DNA from: Candidatus Marinacidobacterales bacterium
GTDB taxonomy: Bacteria > Acidobacteriota > Vicinamibacteria > Marinacidobacterales > DATDRI01
Direction: 5' to 3'
Assembly: GCA_965226495.1 (NCBI GenBank)
Contig: OZ245365.1
Coordinates: 1,856,001-1,920,000, forward strand
Length of the DNA: 64,000 nt
The position numbers and the translations under genes were made by a program. Within the stretch, counting starts at the first letter, position 1. Each line of letters begins with the position of its first letter. Of this stretch, positions 41,289-51,833 are shown piece by piece. The notes beneath the pieces were generated by a model. That model was not told the origin of the DNA. It worked only from the letters and a program-made list of their open reading frames with translations, and made no database searches.

Positions 41289-41322
41289 ACCGTTTCCATG
41301 AGAAGGAGCGGGGAGACCAGCC

Positions 41323-42645
41323 ATGGCCCAGAAGCTTAAGGATATAGGTAGTATTCTCCAGGAGGCGCGGACGTCACGCGGTTTCACTCAGGCTGACATT
41401 GCACCTCGGCTTGGTGTATCGCGAGCCACCGTCGCTCAGATCGAGACAGGGCGGCGATCCTTGAAGGCTGAAGACCTGCGCCGGCTAGCTGCCTTCTATG
41501 GTTGTAGCCCCAGCGAGCTCCTGCCCCGGGCTACCGACGACGAGGAAGTGGATGGCGTCGCCGAGCTGTTCCGCTCCCATCCTGATCTCGCGGAAGATCA
41601 GGGGCCGAGTTCCTTCGCCGGTGTGTGCGCGATGGCGAGAGCTCTCACCCATCTGGAAGCAAGACTCGAGATCGACGCCCTTGCACACCCGCTTCCTCTG
41701 TACCGAATTGAGCGCGCAGATACGCCGTGGCAAGCGGCGCAGCAAGGACATCGCATTGCGGAGGATGAGCGGCGGCGCCTAGCACTTGGAGAGGGGCCCG
41801 TCCGTTTCGTCGATGAACTGCTCATGACGTCGGGCGTTCGTTCGGCCAAGGCAACTCTGCCTAAAGGAATCATCTCGATTTCGATCGCTCACCCGGACCA
41901 CGGGCTTCTCGTTGTGGTCGACAAGAATCTTAGTCTCGAACACCGCCGCTTCAGATACGCACACGGACTTGCCCATTTCTTGTTCGATACCGAAGCGCCG
42001 TGGCGCGTATGCATTTCTAGCGTGGCGCCTGATCTTGCGGAGCTGAGGGCCGACGCTTTCGCAAGCGGCCTTCTGATTCCCCAGCATGGCCTGCGTCGAT
42101 ACGTGGAGACCCTCGGCAAAGAGACATTGGGACGCGCTGGTCCCACGGTGCTCTCCGTGTTTTCAGAGGGCGACGGTCGCGACACGACGGGCGAGAGCCG
42201 TCGGGTGGATGGTCGCCAGCGCAAGGGTTGTACCCCGATCACCTTGTCGGATGTCCTACGCACGGCTCACTACTACGGCACGAGCCCTAGAGTGGCTGCG
42301 CATCGTTTGAGGAACCTCCGGCTCTTAACGGACCGGGAACTCGATCAACTAGAAACGATGATGCAAAGTGAAAAGCATACGCCAATCGAAAGGGAATTTG
42401 CGCTACCGCCAGCACTCCATGAGATGGACTCCCTTTGTTCTCGACTGGCAGCGCTGGCGGCCAGTGCACTCCATCGGGGAAGTATCAATGTCCCCAGATT
42501 CAACGAACTAGCGGATCTCGCGGGAGTTCGCGTGGCCGACCGAGAGCGTATCTTGGCCATTACGGCGACGCCTCCACGACAAGAGCGTGAGACTTCTAGC
42601 CAAACATCCGAGGCGACCACCTCACAGGAGAAGGAGCATTCATGA
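41323..42645 (+). CDS. XRE-HTH + ImmA/IrrE-like domain regulator (HExxH degenerate to HGxxH)
   Basis: TQADIA..GVSRATVAQIETG; RRFRYAHGLAHFLFD; ELRADAFASGLLIP. Confidence 0.88.
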   Translation: MAQKLKDIGSILQEARTSRGFTQADIAPRLGVSRATVAQIETGRRSLKAEDLRRLAAFYGCSPSELLPRATDDEEVDGVAELFRSHPDLAEDQGPSSFAGVCAMARALTHLEARLEIDALAHPLPLYRIERADTPWQAAQQGHRIAEDERRRLALGEGPVRFVDELLMTSGVRSAKATLPKGIISISIAHPDHGLLVVVDKNLSLEHRRFRYAHGLAHFLFDTEAPWRVCISSVAPDLAELRADAFASGLLIPQHGLRRYVETLGKETLGRAGPTVLSVFSEGDGRDTTGESRRVDGRQRKGCTPITLSDVLRTAHYYGTSPRVAAHRLRNLRLLTDRELDQLETMMQSEKHTPIEREFALPPALHEMDSLCSRLAALAASALHRGSINVPRFNELADLAGVRVADRERILAITATPPRQERETSSQTSEATTSQEKEHS

Positions 42646-43916
42646 AAAGTGAAATCAAGATTGCAATCGCGGGCGTTGGCAACTGTGCCAGCTCCCTGGT
42701 TCAGGGACTTGAGTACTATCGGCACCACGATACCTCAGAAGCTGCCGGGCTTATCCATCCTGAACTTGGTGGCTACCGAATCGAGCACGTCGAGGTCGTT
42801 GCTGCATTCGATGTGGATCGGCGAAAAGTAGGGCGGCCCCTTCACGAGGCGGTTTTTGCCAAACCCAACTGCACAACAGTGTTCCAACGAGAACTTTCCG
42901 AGACTAGCGTCACTGTCCAGATGGGGCCCGTCTTGGACGGGATTGCGGGTCACATGGATCGCTATCCCAACGACCGGGCCTTTCGTCTGTCCGATGCCGA
43001 GCCGGTTGATATTTTGGAAGCGCTCAATGCATGCGGCGCGGAGATCCTCGTCTGCTACCTGCCGGTAGGTTCGGAGCAGGCCGTGCGACACTACGCGAAG
43101 GCGTGCCTCGATGCTGGTGTCGCCATGGTCAACTGCGTGCCGGTGTTCATCGCCTCTCATCCGGAGTTCGCCGAGGAGTTCAAGAAGAAAGGACTTCCGA
43201 TAGTAGGCGACGATATCAAGAGCCAGTTCGGCGCCACGCTCCTGCACCGAATCATCACGCGCACACTCGGCGACCGTGGCGTGAAGATCGAGCGTACCTA
43301 CCAACTCAACACGGGCGGCAATACCGACTTCCTGAATATGTTGGAACAGACCCGACTCGCGACCAAGAAAGTCTCAAAGACGGAATCGGTGCAGTCTCAG
43401 CTCGACCAACGCCTCGCGGACGAGAACATTCACATCGGCCCCTCCGACTACGTGCCCTGGCAGAACGACAACAAGGTCTGCTTTCTTCGCATGGAATGGC
43501 GCGGCTTCGGCGACGTTCCGATGAACCTCGAGGCGCGGCTCTCCGTTGAAGACTCGCCGAACTCCGCGGGCGTGGTGATCGACGCCATCCGGTGCGCCAA
43601 GCTGGCACTCGACCGAAAGATCGGCGGGCCGCTGGATGCTGCATCCGCCTGCATGATGAAGCACCCGCGGAAGCAGATGCGCGACAGCGAAGCATTTATT
43701 GCACTGGAGCGGTTCATTCGAGGGCAAGATGGCATGACCAGCGCCCCGTTCCACGACACATCGACGGACTCTCAGGAGACGCTGACGTTGCTGAGGCCGC
43801 ATCAAGTGGATTCCCTACAGGTGCTCGATCAGGTTCGACCTGGGCTGGACCAGAGGGAAGCAGTTGGTGTGAATGCCAAGGGCGATGACCAGCTTGATCG
43901 CGGCGGCAAGCTCTGA
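42642..43916 (+). CDS. ino1: myo-Inositol-1-phosphate synthase
   Basis: GVGNCASSLVQG, YLPVGS, GDDIKSQFG, GGNTDFLNM, DSPNSAGV; ATGA overlap with the regulator. Confidence 0.95.
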   Translation: MKSEIKIAIAGVGNCASSLVQGLEYYRHHDTSEAAGLIHPELGGYRIEHVEVVAAFDVDRRKVGRPLHEAVFAKPNCTTVFQRELSETSVTVQMGPVLDGIAGHMDRYPNDRAFRLSDAEPVDILEALNACGAEILVCYLPVGSEQAVRHYAKACLDAGVAMVNCVPVFIASHPEFAEEFKKKGLPIVGDDIKSQFGATLLHRIITRTLGDRGVKIERTYQLNTGGNTDFLNMLEQTRLATKKVSKTESVQSQLDQRLADENIHIGPSDYVPWQNDNKVCFLRMEWRGFGDVPMNLEARLSVEDSPNSAGVVIDAIRCAKLALDRKIGGPLDAASACMMKHPRKQMRDSEAFIALERFIRGQDGMTSAPFHDTSTDSQETLTLLRPHQVDSLQVLDQVRPGLDQREAVGVNAKGDDQLDRGGKL

Positions 43917-43936
43917 GCTCGCAAAGGAGATCGTTG

Positions 43937-45388
43937 ATGTCCTCGATAATACCGATTACTGACGCTAAGAAAAACAATTCCGGCAGCCTCCCTGTCGTCG
44001 TGTTGGCGGCCGGCAAGGGTTCCCGTGTAGCTTCGCTGGGCAATGGCCGCCCTAAGCCAACGCTTCGTTTGCTCGGCCTGTCCCTTGCCGAACGGATCAT
44101 CCTCTCCTACCAGGCAGCGGGTATTCAACGCTTCGTAGTGGTCCTGGGCGACCGTGCAGACGAGGTGCGTGAACACTTCCTGGATGTAGCGGTGCGGCGC
44201 GGCTGCGAGGTGGAGTGCGTCGTTGCCACCGACTGGCAGCTGGGAAACGGGGCCAGTGCTCTCGCCGCGTTTCGCATGGTGGAGGAGGAGCCCTTTCTGC
44301 TAACGATGGCCGACCATCTGATCGATCCCTCGCTGTTGGAGCAAGTTTTGGCCGCCCCTCCTGGCGAGGACGAGATTTGCCTGGCAGTGGATTCGAACAA
44401 AGAGAATCTCCTCGATCTCGAGGACGTGATGAAGGTGGACGTCGCAAACGGTCGGGTGGCCCGGATTGGAAAAGGCCTGAGGGATTGGGACGTAGCGGAC
44501 ACGGGAGTTTTCTACTGCACGCAGGTCCTTTTCGAGGGTATCCGGCAGGCATCGGCCAAGGGACAGTATGGGCTTTCGGACGCGGTCAGGGAGCTAGCGG
44601 CTGAGCGTCGGGTTCGCGTGGTCGACGTCACGGGGAAGCGATGGATTGATATGGACAACGCATTGGCATTCCGCCATGCGAAGCGGTGGCTTCTTTCCTC
44701 GGTCGTCAAGAACACGGACGATGGCTATGTTTCGGCGTATCTCAACCGTCCTCTCTCCTTACGGCTCTCGAGTCTGCTGGCCGAGGCGCGGATCTCTCCC
44801 AACCTCATTACCCTTGTCAGCTTCTTGCTTGCCCTGGGCGGCGCAGTGCTTTTCTCTCTACAGGGTTACATGGCGGGGCTGATGGGGGGACTCTTGGTTC
44901 AGTTCTCCTCGGTAGTGGACGGCTGTGATGGTGAGGTGGCTCGTCTCAGACAGATTGCCAGCCCCAGAGGAGGTTGGCTCGATACGATACTCGACCGCTA
45001 CGCGGAGCTTGCGGTGGTGCTGGCCATCACCTTTTCTTACTCCACCTCCCATCCGGGCCCTCTCGCCTGGATGGGGGGTCTCCTTTCCATTTCCGGGTAC
45101 TACATGGCAAGCTACGTGACCAAGGAGTTTGCCCTCCGGCACGGCAAAGCCTACCCGCCCAACTTCCTAAACCGCATTAAACGCCGGGACCTCCGCCTGT
45201 TAGGGATTTCGGTGGGGGCCGTATTGGGCATCGCGTTTGAAGCTATGGTTGGCCTTGGCGTGCTCAGCCACCTTTGCGTGGTGGGAATCTTGGTCCGCGG
45301 CTGGCGGCAAGGGGACCATTTCCAGCTAGCCGCATCATCAAAACGTGCACTCGACCTGGAAAAGGCGCCGGGCCCAGCGGTCATCTGA
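43937..45388 (+). CDS. Bifunctional NTP-transferase / CDP-alcohol phosphotransferase (IPCT/DIPPS-like)
   Basis: LAAGKGSR..PKP, MADH, DTGVF; LNRPLS, SPNLIT, DGCDGEVAR..GGWLDTILDRY. Confidence 0.9.
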   Translation: MSSIIPITDAKKNNSGSLPVVVLAAGKGSRVASLGNGRPKPTLRLLGLSLAERIILSYQAAGIQRFVVVLGDRADEVREHFLDVAVRRGCEVECVVATDWQLGNGASALAAFRMVEEEPFLLTMADHLIDPSLLEQVLAAPPGEDEICLAVDSNKENLLDLEDVMKVDVANGRVARIGKGLRDWDVADTGVFYCTQVLFEGIRQASAKGQYGLSDAVRELAAERRVRVVDVTGKRWIDMDNALAFRHAKRWLLSSVVKNTDDGYVSAYLNRPLSLRLSSLLAEARISPNLITLVSFLLALGGAVLFSLQGYMAGLMGGLLVQFSSVVDGCDGEVARLRQIASPRGGWLDTILDRYAELAVVLAITFSYSTSHPGPLAWMGGLLSISGYYMASYVTKEFALRHGKAYPPNFLNRIKRRDLRLLGISVGAVLGIAFEAMVGLGVLSHLCVVGILVRGWRQGDHFQLAASSKRALDLEKAPGPAVI

Positions 45389-45599
45389 AAGCTTATTCCA
45401 GCCCAGGTGGCTGGCACAGCCCGACCAACAAAATATTGGGCGGGCCGAGCGACCGACACTGCGGGAACGCCTACTCGCAAAAATAGTTGGGGAACTTACG
45501 GTCTGGCTGTAGTCTGAGGCTCACAAGGGTGCGTCCGCGGGGGTGGATGCACTGAATCAGCTGATCGACCTATGGCCGCTTTTTAGAAGGAGCCGTGTC

Positions 45600-46240
45600 A
45601 TGGCAATTCGTTTGGGAGATACGGCTCCAGATTTCAAAGCCGATACGACAGAGGATCCCTTCAATTTCACGACTGGATCGGGGATGGTTGGGCCGTGTTG
45701 TTCTCGCACCTCAAGGACTTCACGCCAGTCTGCACCACCGAGCTGGGTGAAGTAGCGAAGCTCAAGAGCGAGTTCGACAGGAGGAACGTCAAAGTCGTGT
45801 GGCTCAGCGTGGACAAAGTCGGCGATCACAGGAGGTGGTCCGAAGCCTTCAAGGAGACGCAGGGGGCGGCCGTCAACTTCCCCCTGATCGACGACGCCAA
45901 TTGGAAGGTGTCGGATCTCTACGACATGATCCATCCGGAAGCCGACAACACGATGACCGTGCGATCGGTTTTCGTGATAGGTCCGGACAAGAAAGTAAAG
46001 CTCAGCATTACGTACCCGGCGAGCACTTGACGCAATTTCGACGAGATCCTGCGCGTGATCGACTCTCTACAGCTGACTGCGAACTATCAGGTGGCGACAC
46101 CCGTGAACTGGAAGGACGGCGATGACGTCATCATCGTACCTGCGGTGAGCAACGAAGAGGCGAAAAAGAAGTTCCCCAAGGGCTTCAAAGAAGTAAAACC
46201 CTACTTGCGCGTGACCCCTCAACCGAATCGCGACGCGTAA
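45600..46240 (+). pseudogene. 1-Cys peroxiredoxin (Prx6) pseudogene
   Basis: DFTPVCTTE; frameshift near 45655; TGA at 46028 replaces Gly of YPASTGRNFDE; further P>L and G>W changes. Confidence 0.88.
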
Positions 46241-46552
46241 GCCCGCGTCCCAGGGAGCTTGTTAGGCGATCCCCGGCGTCAGGCCGGGGGATCCACATCA
46301 AAGAGCACCGATCCGTTCTGCACGAACGGTCCACGCGCTCGAACCCATCCGGATTAATAATGATGAGGGACAGGCCCACGGGCAATGCGCTCGGCGACTG
46401 TGTATCTAGCAGGGCCCGCGTCGATAACCTATACTCTTCTCGTACACGTCAGACTCATCGACCCGCGAAACGGGGGAGGCCTTTTATGTCGGGAAGGGGC
46501 AGAGCACCGGCTCTTCCCAGGCGTCGGGTGTGGAAGTGCAACTTTGAGCTCC

Positions 46553-48739
46553 ATGGTATTTGAGAACTACGGCGGTATATTCCAGCTGCGTCTGGAAACG
46601 GCTGAGGATCTCGCCTCTCTGGGGAAACTGAAAGAGTCCAGGTGGGCGGCAACGAGCGCGCTGGTTGACTGTTTTCGCTGCGATCCCGCCGTGCTGAAGT
46701 GTCTCGACCCCGATGAGACCGGACGCATCCGCACCCAAGACCTGAAAGATGCGCAAGAGTGCCTGTTTCACTTCTTGAGCAACCGCGAGGGTACCACCCA
46801 GCAGAGCGACGTTCTGCGTCTCGACGACTTGGACACGACCCACTCGGAAGGCTCCAAGCTGCAAGAAGTTTGTAAGTGGATTCTAGAACAACTCGAAAGG
46901 CAAGGGAGCAAGGAAATCTCCCTCAAGCAGATTCGCGCCTTTCGCGCCGGCTACGCTCGCGTCTTCCCGAACGGAGACGGCATCGTGCCGCTGGTCGATA
47001 TCGAAGCCGAAAACACCCGGGCGTTCTGCGCGGATGTCGTCAAATACGCGGGGGAAGTCAAGGACGCTGCCGGAAAGATCGGATACGGGAAGGAACAGCT
47101 CCAGCGCTTTCTTGATCGCGCGCGAGCCATGCGGGATTGGATGGTCGAGGGAAAGCAGACGGCGGCAGGCGAGCAACGCAGCTCGGAGCTCTGGACGTGG
47201 GGCGATGCCACGCCCGAAGCGACCGCCATCGTCTTCATTCTCGAAGCGAAGCTCGAGCAGTTCTTTTTGCAATGCGACTTGTTGAGGGTGGAGCCTCGTG
47301 CGGCGAGCCGATTCGAGCTGAGCGAGGAGGAGCTCGATGGATTCGAACTCGAGGACGCCCTCGCCATCGAAAAGAGATTGAGCATGGCCCCGCTCAGTCG
47401 TCCGAACGCAGCCGGAGAATTGAACCTGAATAGCGCTCTCAATCCCTGTTATGAAGAACGGGTCTGGGAGCTCCGAGACAAAGTCCTGAAGCGAGCCTTG
47501 GGAACGGAAGTGGAGAAGCTTACCCGCGAAGACTGGGAAAAGGTGAAGGCTCTTTTCGAGCCGCACAAAGCCTGGTATGACGCGAAACCGAAAGACGAGA
47601 TCGAGGCTCTCGGAGAGGAAAGACTGACCGCCTACCTTGAAGGCGAGCTGCCGACAGAAGCGGAGGTGCTCATCGAACGCGACTTGTCCGTCAGAGATGA
47701 GCTCGAGCAAATCGCCACGGTGGAGAAGCTCTGCCTGCTGCAGCGCTGGCTCCTGGAGCTCGCGAACAACTTCGTGAACTTCTCCCAGCTGTATGACCCC
47801 AATCGGCGATCCCTTTTCGAGGAAGGCACATTGGTCATCGACGGTCGCGAATTAGCGTTCAGCATGAAAGTGACGAACCGCTCCGAGCATAGGAAGATCG
47901 CCGAAACGAGCCGTATGTTTCTCATCTACGCCGAGATCACCTCCAAGGTAATCACTTCCTCGCATCGTGAAAAGTTCGAGCTCGTCGTGGCGGTAACGGC
48001 AGGCCAGCGAGGCGGCATTTCCGTCGGTAAACGAGGCGTCTTCTTCGACATCGAGGAGCGCGAATGGGACGCGCGCATCGTGGAAGTCGTGGAGAATCCC
48101 ATCAGCCTGTGGGAGGCGGTGAAAGCACCGTTTCAGCGAATCGCAGGACTGGCCGCTCAGAAAGTGGAGCGGATCGCCGCAAGAGAGACTGAATCGATCG
48201 AAAAGGCCACCGAAGCGGGCTTGGAGAAAATCGACGCCACACCTGCAAGAGAAGAAGCCGCCGCCCCGGTTCACAAAACGTCGGTTCGCGACCTTTTGCT
48301 CGGTGGCGGCCTTGTTTTCGCCGCAGTGGGCTCCTCGCTGGCGTTCATTGTCAAGACCCTCTCGGAAGTGAATCCTTTGCACCTGGGGGCGGTGGTTCTG
48401 GCCCTGGTAAGCATCGTCACGCTCTCGAGCGGACTTCTCGGCTACCTAAAACTGCGATCGCGCGACATGAGCGCCCTGCTAGAAGCGGCGGGTTGGGCGG
48501 TGAACTTCCGCATGAAGCTGACGCGACGTTTGGGCCGACTCTTCACCCACAGGCGGGAGTTGCCCAAAGACGCGGTCAAGAGACGTCGCGATCTCATCGA
48601 CGGTTTTCTCGCCGAAATCGACGTGGCACCGTCCAGGCGGGGGCGGATTCTTGCCCTGATCGCCGTGCTCTTGGTGGTGGTTCTCGGGGTACTGGCTTAC
48701 TTGAATCCGGAGGTCTTGGCGGACCTCTCGTTGTGGTGA
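46553..48739 (+). CDS. Large conserved hypothetical protein with C-terminal TM helices
   Basis: Long ORF; EF-hand-like DPDETGRIRTQD; three hydrophobic segments near the C-terminus. Confidence 0.7.
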   Translation: MVFENYGGIFQLRLETAEDLASLGKLKESRWAATSALVDCFRCDPAVLKCLDPDETGRIRTQDLKDAQECLFHFLSNREGTTQQSDVLRLDDLDTTHSEGSKLQEVCKWILEQLERQGSKEISLKQIRAFRAGYARVFPNGDGIVPLVDIEAENTRAFCADVVKYAGEVKDAAGKIGYGKEQLQRFLDRARAMRDWMVEGKQTAAGEQRSSELWTWGDATPEATAIVFILEAKLEQFFLQCDLLRVEPRAASRFELSEEELDGFELEDALAIEKRLSMAPLSRPNAAGELNLNSALNPCYEERVWELRDKVLKRALGTEVEKLTREDWEKVKALFEPHKAWYDAKPKDEIEALGEERLTAYLEGELPTEAEVLIERDLSVRDELEQIATVEKLCLLQRWLLELANNFVNFSQLYDPNRRSLFEEGTLVIDGRELAFSMKVTNRSEHRKIAETSRMFLIYAEITSKVITSSHREKFELVVAVTAGQRGGISVGKRGVFFDIEEREWDARIVEVVENPISLWEAVKAPFQRIAGLAAQKVERIAARETESIEKATEAGLEKIDATPAREEAAAPVHKTSVRDLLLGGGLVFAAVGSSLAFIVKTLSEVNPLHLGAVVLALVSIVTLSSGLLGYLKLRSRDMSALLEAAGWAVNFRMKLTRRLGRLFTHRRELPKDAVKRRRDLIDGFLAEIDVAPSRRGRILALIAVLLVVVLGVLAYLNPEVLADLSLW

Positions 48740-49118
48740 GACAAGTTGAGCGCCGGCCCTCTGTGCCAACGTGCGTGAGACAGGGAGACCCTTTGAGTTT
48801 AATGTAGAGGGCGGAGGAGTGATGTCCCATGAACGCCTCTCCCAGAGAAATGCAGTTTGAGGAAACCTCGGAAACGGAAGAAGCGGGTAGCGACAGACCA
48901 CGATGGCAGGTGGCGAGTCTCAATCTCGTAGGGCCCGGTTTGCATCCTCGTTGGTTTTCCTCTAGCATCACGGGCTTGTTGTAAACGGCATGGAAGGCAC
49001 CGCGTGCACGAAAAGGACCAGTCATTATTGGTTTGTCGTTCTCGTCAAGAGTGCTGACGCGGTCGAGCCTGAGTTTGTGGAACCACACTGAATCATCAGA
49101 CGACGAGGAGATTCCGAA

Positions 49119-49628
49119 ATGAGGATATACCCCCGTACCGAAAGTCCAAGGGGCTTTACCGCAATTCTGTTTTGCCTGATGGTGCTTGCTCTAGCCGTCG
49201 CTTGTGGCGGAGGCGGCGACTCGGGAGAGGAAGTCGCTGAACCCGGAACCACGGAGGAGCTCGCCGCCGAGGAGGAAAGCTCGGGCGCCCCGCGGGTGTT
49301 CTTCACCGAGCCGTCCGACGGCGCCACGGTGACGTCACCGGTGACGTTCACGTTCGGCCATGAGAATTACTCCATCGAGCCCAAGGGTGAAGTTCACGCA
49401 GGCGCCGGACACCATCACATCGGCCTCGACACCGACTGCCTCCCGCCGGGCGAGGCCATTCCGGAAGCGGCTCCGTGGGTCCATTTCGGTGATGGCTCGG
49501 CAACGATCGACATGCAGCTGCCTGCAGGTCAGCACACGCTGACGATTCAGATTGGCGACGGCGAGCACGTGACGTCGGACGAGCCTGGCCTCTGTCAGAG
49601 CATTACCATTACCGTCGAAGAAGGGTAG
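49119..49628 (+). CDS. DUF4399-family lipoprotein
   Basis: Lipobox LAVAC; GHHHI, VHFGDG, LPAGQHTL.IQIGDG.H. Confidence 0.8.
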   Translation: MRIYPRTESPRGFTAILFCLMVLALAVACGGGGDSGEEVAEPGTTEELAAEEESSGAPRVFFTEPSDGATVTSPVTFTFGHENYSIEPKGEVHAGAGHHHIGLDTDCLPPGEAIPEAAPWVHFGDGSATIDMQLPAGQHTLTIQIGDGEHVTSDEPGLCQSITITVEEG

Positions 49629-50063
49629 AACGTTTCATTAACTTGGTCACCCTCCGCTGGCAGATGAGGACCACCGTCAGCGGGAGAGGCTCTTGGCCAG
49701 TCGCGCTCGCGTCTTGGTCGGCGAGTTTGGCGGTGCGGGGAGCACCCTCGCTTCGTTGGGCCCAGTCGGGCTTCAGGTACAAGAGCTTCTCCTGAAGAAC
49801 CTCGATCTGGCGGCTCCAGCCATACCGGTGAAAACCGTCGGGGCAGATGTGATTGCGGTCGGCGGCACCGGCGCGCCTTCCGGAGCGTTGGCGCTCTTCC
49901 AGCCGCCGGTCGATCCCTTGGTGGCACCTCTGGTCTACACGCCACCCCTTCAGATCTTTGCCCACCGGGTGGCGTACGGCTGGGTCGCCCCATCGACCGA
50001 CCACGAGGCTTCAAAAAGGTGGTAGGAGAAGCCTAATCACCATAAACGGGAGTCAAGCCCTTT

Positions 50064-50290
50064 CTATTTGAAATTTTTCCTAAGGGGCGGCTCGATGCCC
50101 GCGAGCGCGGTCGCAAGCCAGCGCTGGCGTTGGCTCGAGTTTTCCAGCGGTCGACTTTCGCGCAGCGTTCTTCGACGAGCGCATGCACGGCCTTCGAGGC
50201 AGTTCGCCGTTTTCAGCAAGCGGCCCAGCACCCCGTACACGCCGAGCCGATGCAACGTCATGGTCTCCTCGAGAAACTCTTCGTCAGTGA
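50064..50290 (-). pseudogene. IS256-family transposase C-terminal remnant
   Basis: LEETMTLHRLGV..LKTANCLE..QRWLATAL..IEP. Confidence 0.7.
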
Positions 50291-50433
50291 CCTGGCCTCT
50301 AGATTCGATTCCATATCTCTGGTAAATTCGCGCCACTTCCGCGGCAATGGGATTCACCCAGACGTAGAAGAAGGACAGCCCTGTGTCACACTTGACATGG
50401 TCATTCGGATTGGCAACAAGAAGGAGGCCCGTT

Positions 50434-51489
50434 ATGGATTTTTTTGCCAACATAAAAGAGCTCAGCGCCTATTTTAGGGACCCTTGGATCCAGTCCTTGG
50501 GGACCGTCATCCTTTCGCTGGTTCTGACCCTCGCCCTGCGCTGGACCCTGCGGTTTATCGTGTTGCCATTGGTTCACAAGACCAAAACTGAGGTGGATGA
50601 TATTACGATAAGGGCGGTCAAAGGGATTCTGACCTATTTGATCCCCTTGATTGGCCTGATGGTGGCCCTCATCCCTTTGTCTTTACCCACACCGATTCCT
50701 CAGCGTGCTCTTTTTTCTTTGCTTGCCATACTGTTGATGCGCAGCGCAATTGGGTTCGTAGATGTGCTGTCCAAGTGGCTGAAAACAACATGGGTGACTC
50801 GTACCCAGTCTACTTTAGATGATGCTCTGCTGCCTCTTATGGGCAAAGCCATAAAGGTAGTTGTGGTGCTTCTCGGTGTGTTGCTAATCTTGCAGCGATG
50901 GGAAATTGAAATTGCTCCCATGTTGGGCGCCCTCGGTATTGGCGGTTTGGCCATTGGCTTGGCTTTGAACAGCAGCCTCTCCAATATCTTTGGCGGCATT
51001 CAGCTTATTTTGGATCGTTCCATCAATGTTGGCGACAAGATCATGCTGGAAAGTGGTGAAGTGGGGGTGGTGCAGGACATTGGCCTTCGTAGCACCAAAT
51101 TACGGACCTATGACAACGAGTTGCTCTCTCTTCCCAATTCGCAACTATCCAATGCGCGGGTCAAGAATTTCACCAAACCCGATGTCAGTATTAGAGTAAC
51201 AGTCAATTTTGGGGTGGCTTACGGCAGTGATGTGGCTCGGGTCAAAGAGCTTGTCGTGGATGCAATTAGCAACTTGGACGATATTTCGCGAGAACCTGGA
51301 CCCCAGGTACTGTTCTTGAATATGAGTGATTTTTCCCTAGATATGTCGGCTCGAGTGTGGGTGGATGATTACGACAAGCAGTTTGCTAGAAAGCTTGAAA
51401 TGACAGAGTTGGTCTACAATACTCTTAACAAAAATGGCATCGAAATCCCTTTCCCCACTCGCACGGTATATATGAAACAATCCGAGTGA
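50434..51489 (+). CDS. MscS-family mechanosensitive channel
   Basis: GALGIGGLAIGLA..SNIFGG, IGLRSTK, IEIPFP; visibly more AT-rich than its neighbours. Confidence 0.92.
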   Translation: MDFFANIKELSAYFRDPWIQSLGTVILSLVLTLALRWTLRFIVLPLVHKTKTEVDDITIRAVKGILTYLIPLIGLMVALIPLSLPTPIPQRALFSLLAILLMRSAIGFVDVLSKWLKTTWVTRTQSTLDDALLPLMGKAIKVVVVLLGVLLILQRWEIEIAPMLGALGIGGLAIGLALNSSLSNIFGGIQLILDRSINVGDKIMLESGEVGVVQDIGLRSTKLRTYDNELLSLPNSQLSNARVKNFTKPDVSIRVTVNFGVAYGSDVARVKELVVDAISNLDDISREPGPQVLFLNMSDFSLDMSARVWVDDYDKQFARKLEMTELVYNTLNKNGIEIPFPTRTVYMKQSE

Positions 51490-51568
51490 TCGGCTTCATC
51501 AGCGATCCCACGTCATTTTGCCATGGGGTAGTCCTTCGAAGTAGCCCGGCAACATTTGATTCCTTCGA

Positions 51569-51660
51569 AAAAGGATAGGAAATTTCATACGTGTCCGGCC
51601 CCGGTCCGCTCGAAATTTCCCCTCTGGGAAGGGGCTGTGCCGTCCAACTGAGTCCTGGTG
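51569..51660 (-). mobile_element. Isolated IS91/ISCR oriIS-like end
   Basis: ~90 bp matching 57001 and 58603; minus strand TATGAAATTTCCTATCC resembles the oriIS consensus. Confidence 0.75.
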
Positions 51661-51833
51661 TGGGTTGTCCCTCGTCATTATTGATCCGGAAACGACCTCG
51701 GCCTACGTGAAACTGCGAAGAGCGAGGCGGCCGGGGTCGATGAGTGCGAGATAATCCTAGGATCGCACCCACAGGTTCAAGCCATTGAGTGCGTCGTTGT
51801 TAAAGGGATCGAGCTGAGCGACGAAGGACGGCT

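Noticed and set aside
46028-46030. In-frame TGA in the peroxiredoxin as selenocysteine or Gly recoding
   Set aside because: It aligns to Gly, not Cys; the gene has a frameshift and other damaging changes; TGA is an ordinary stop in many other genes here
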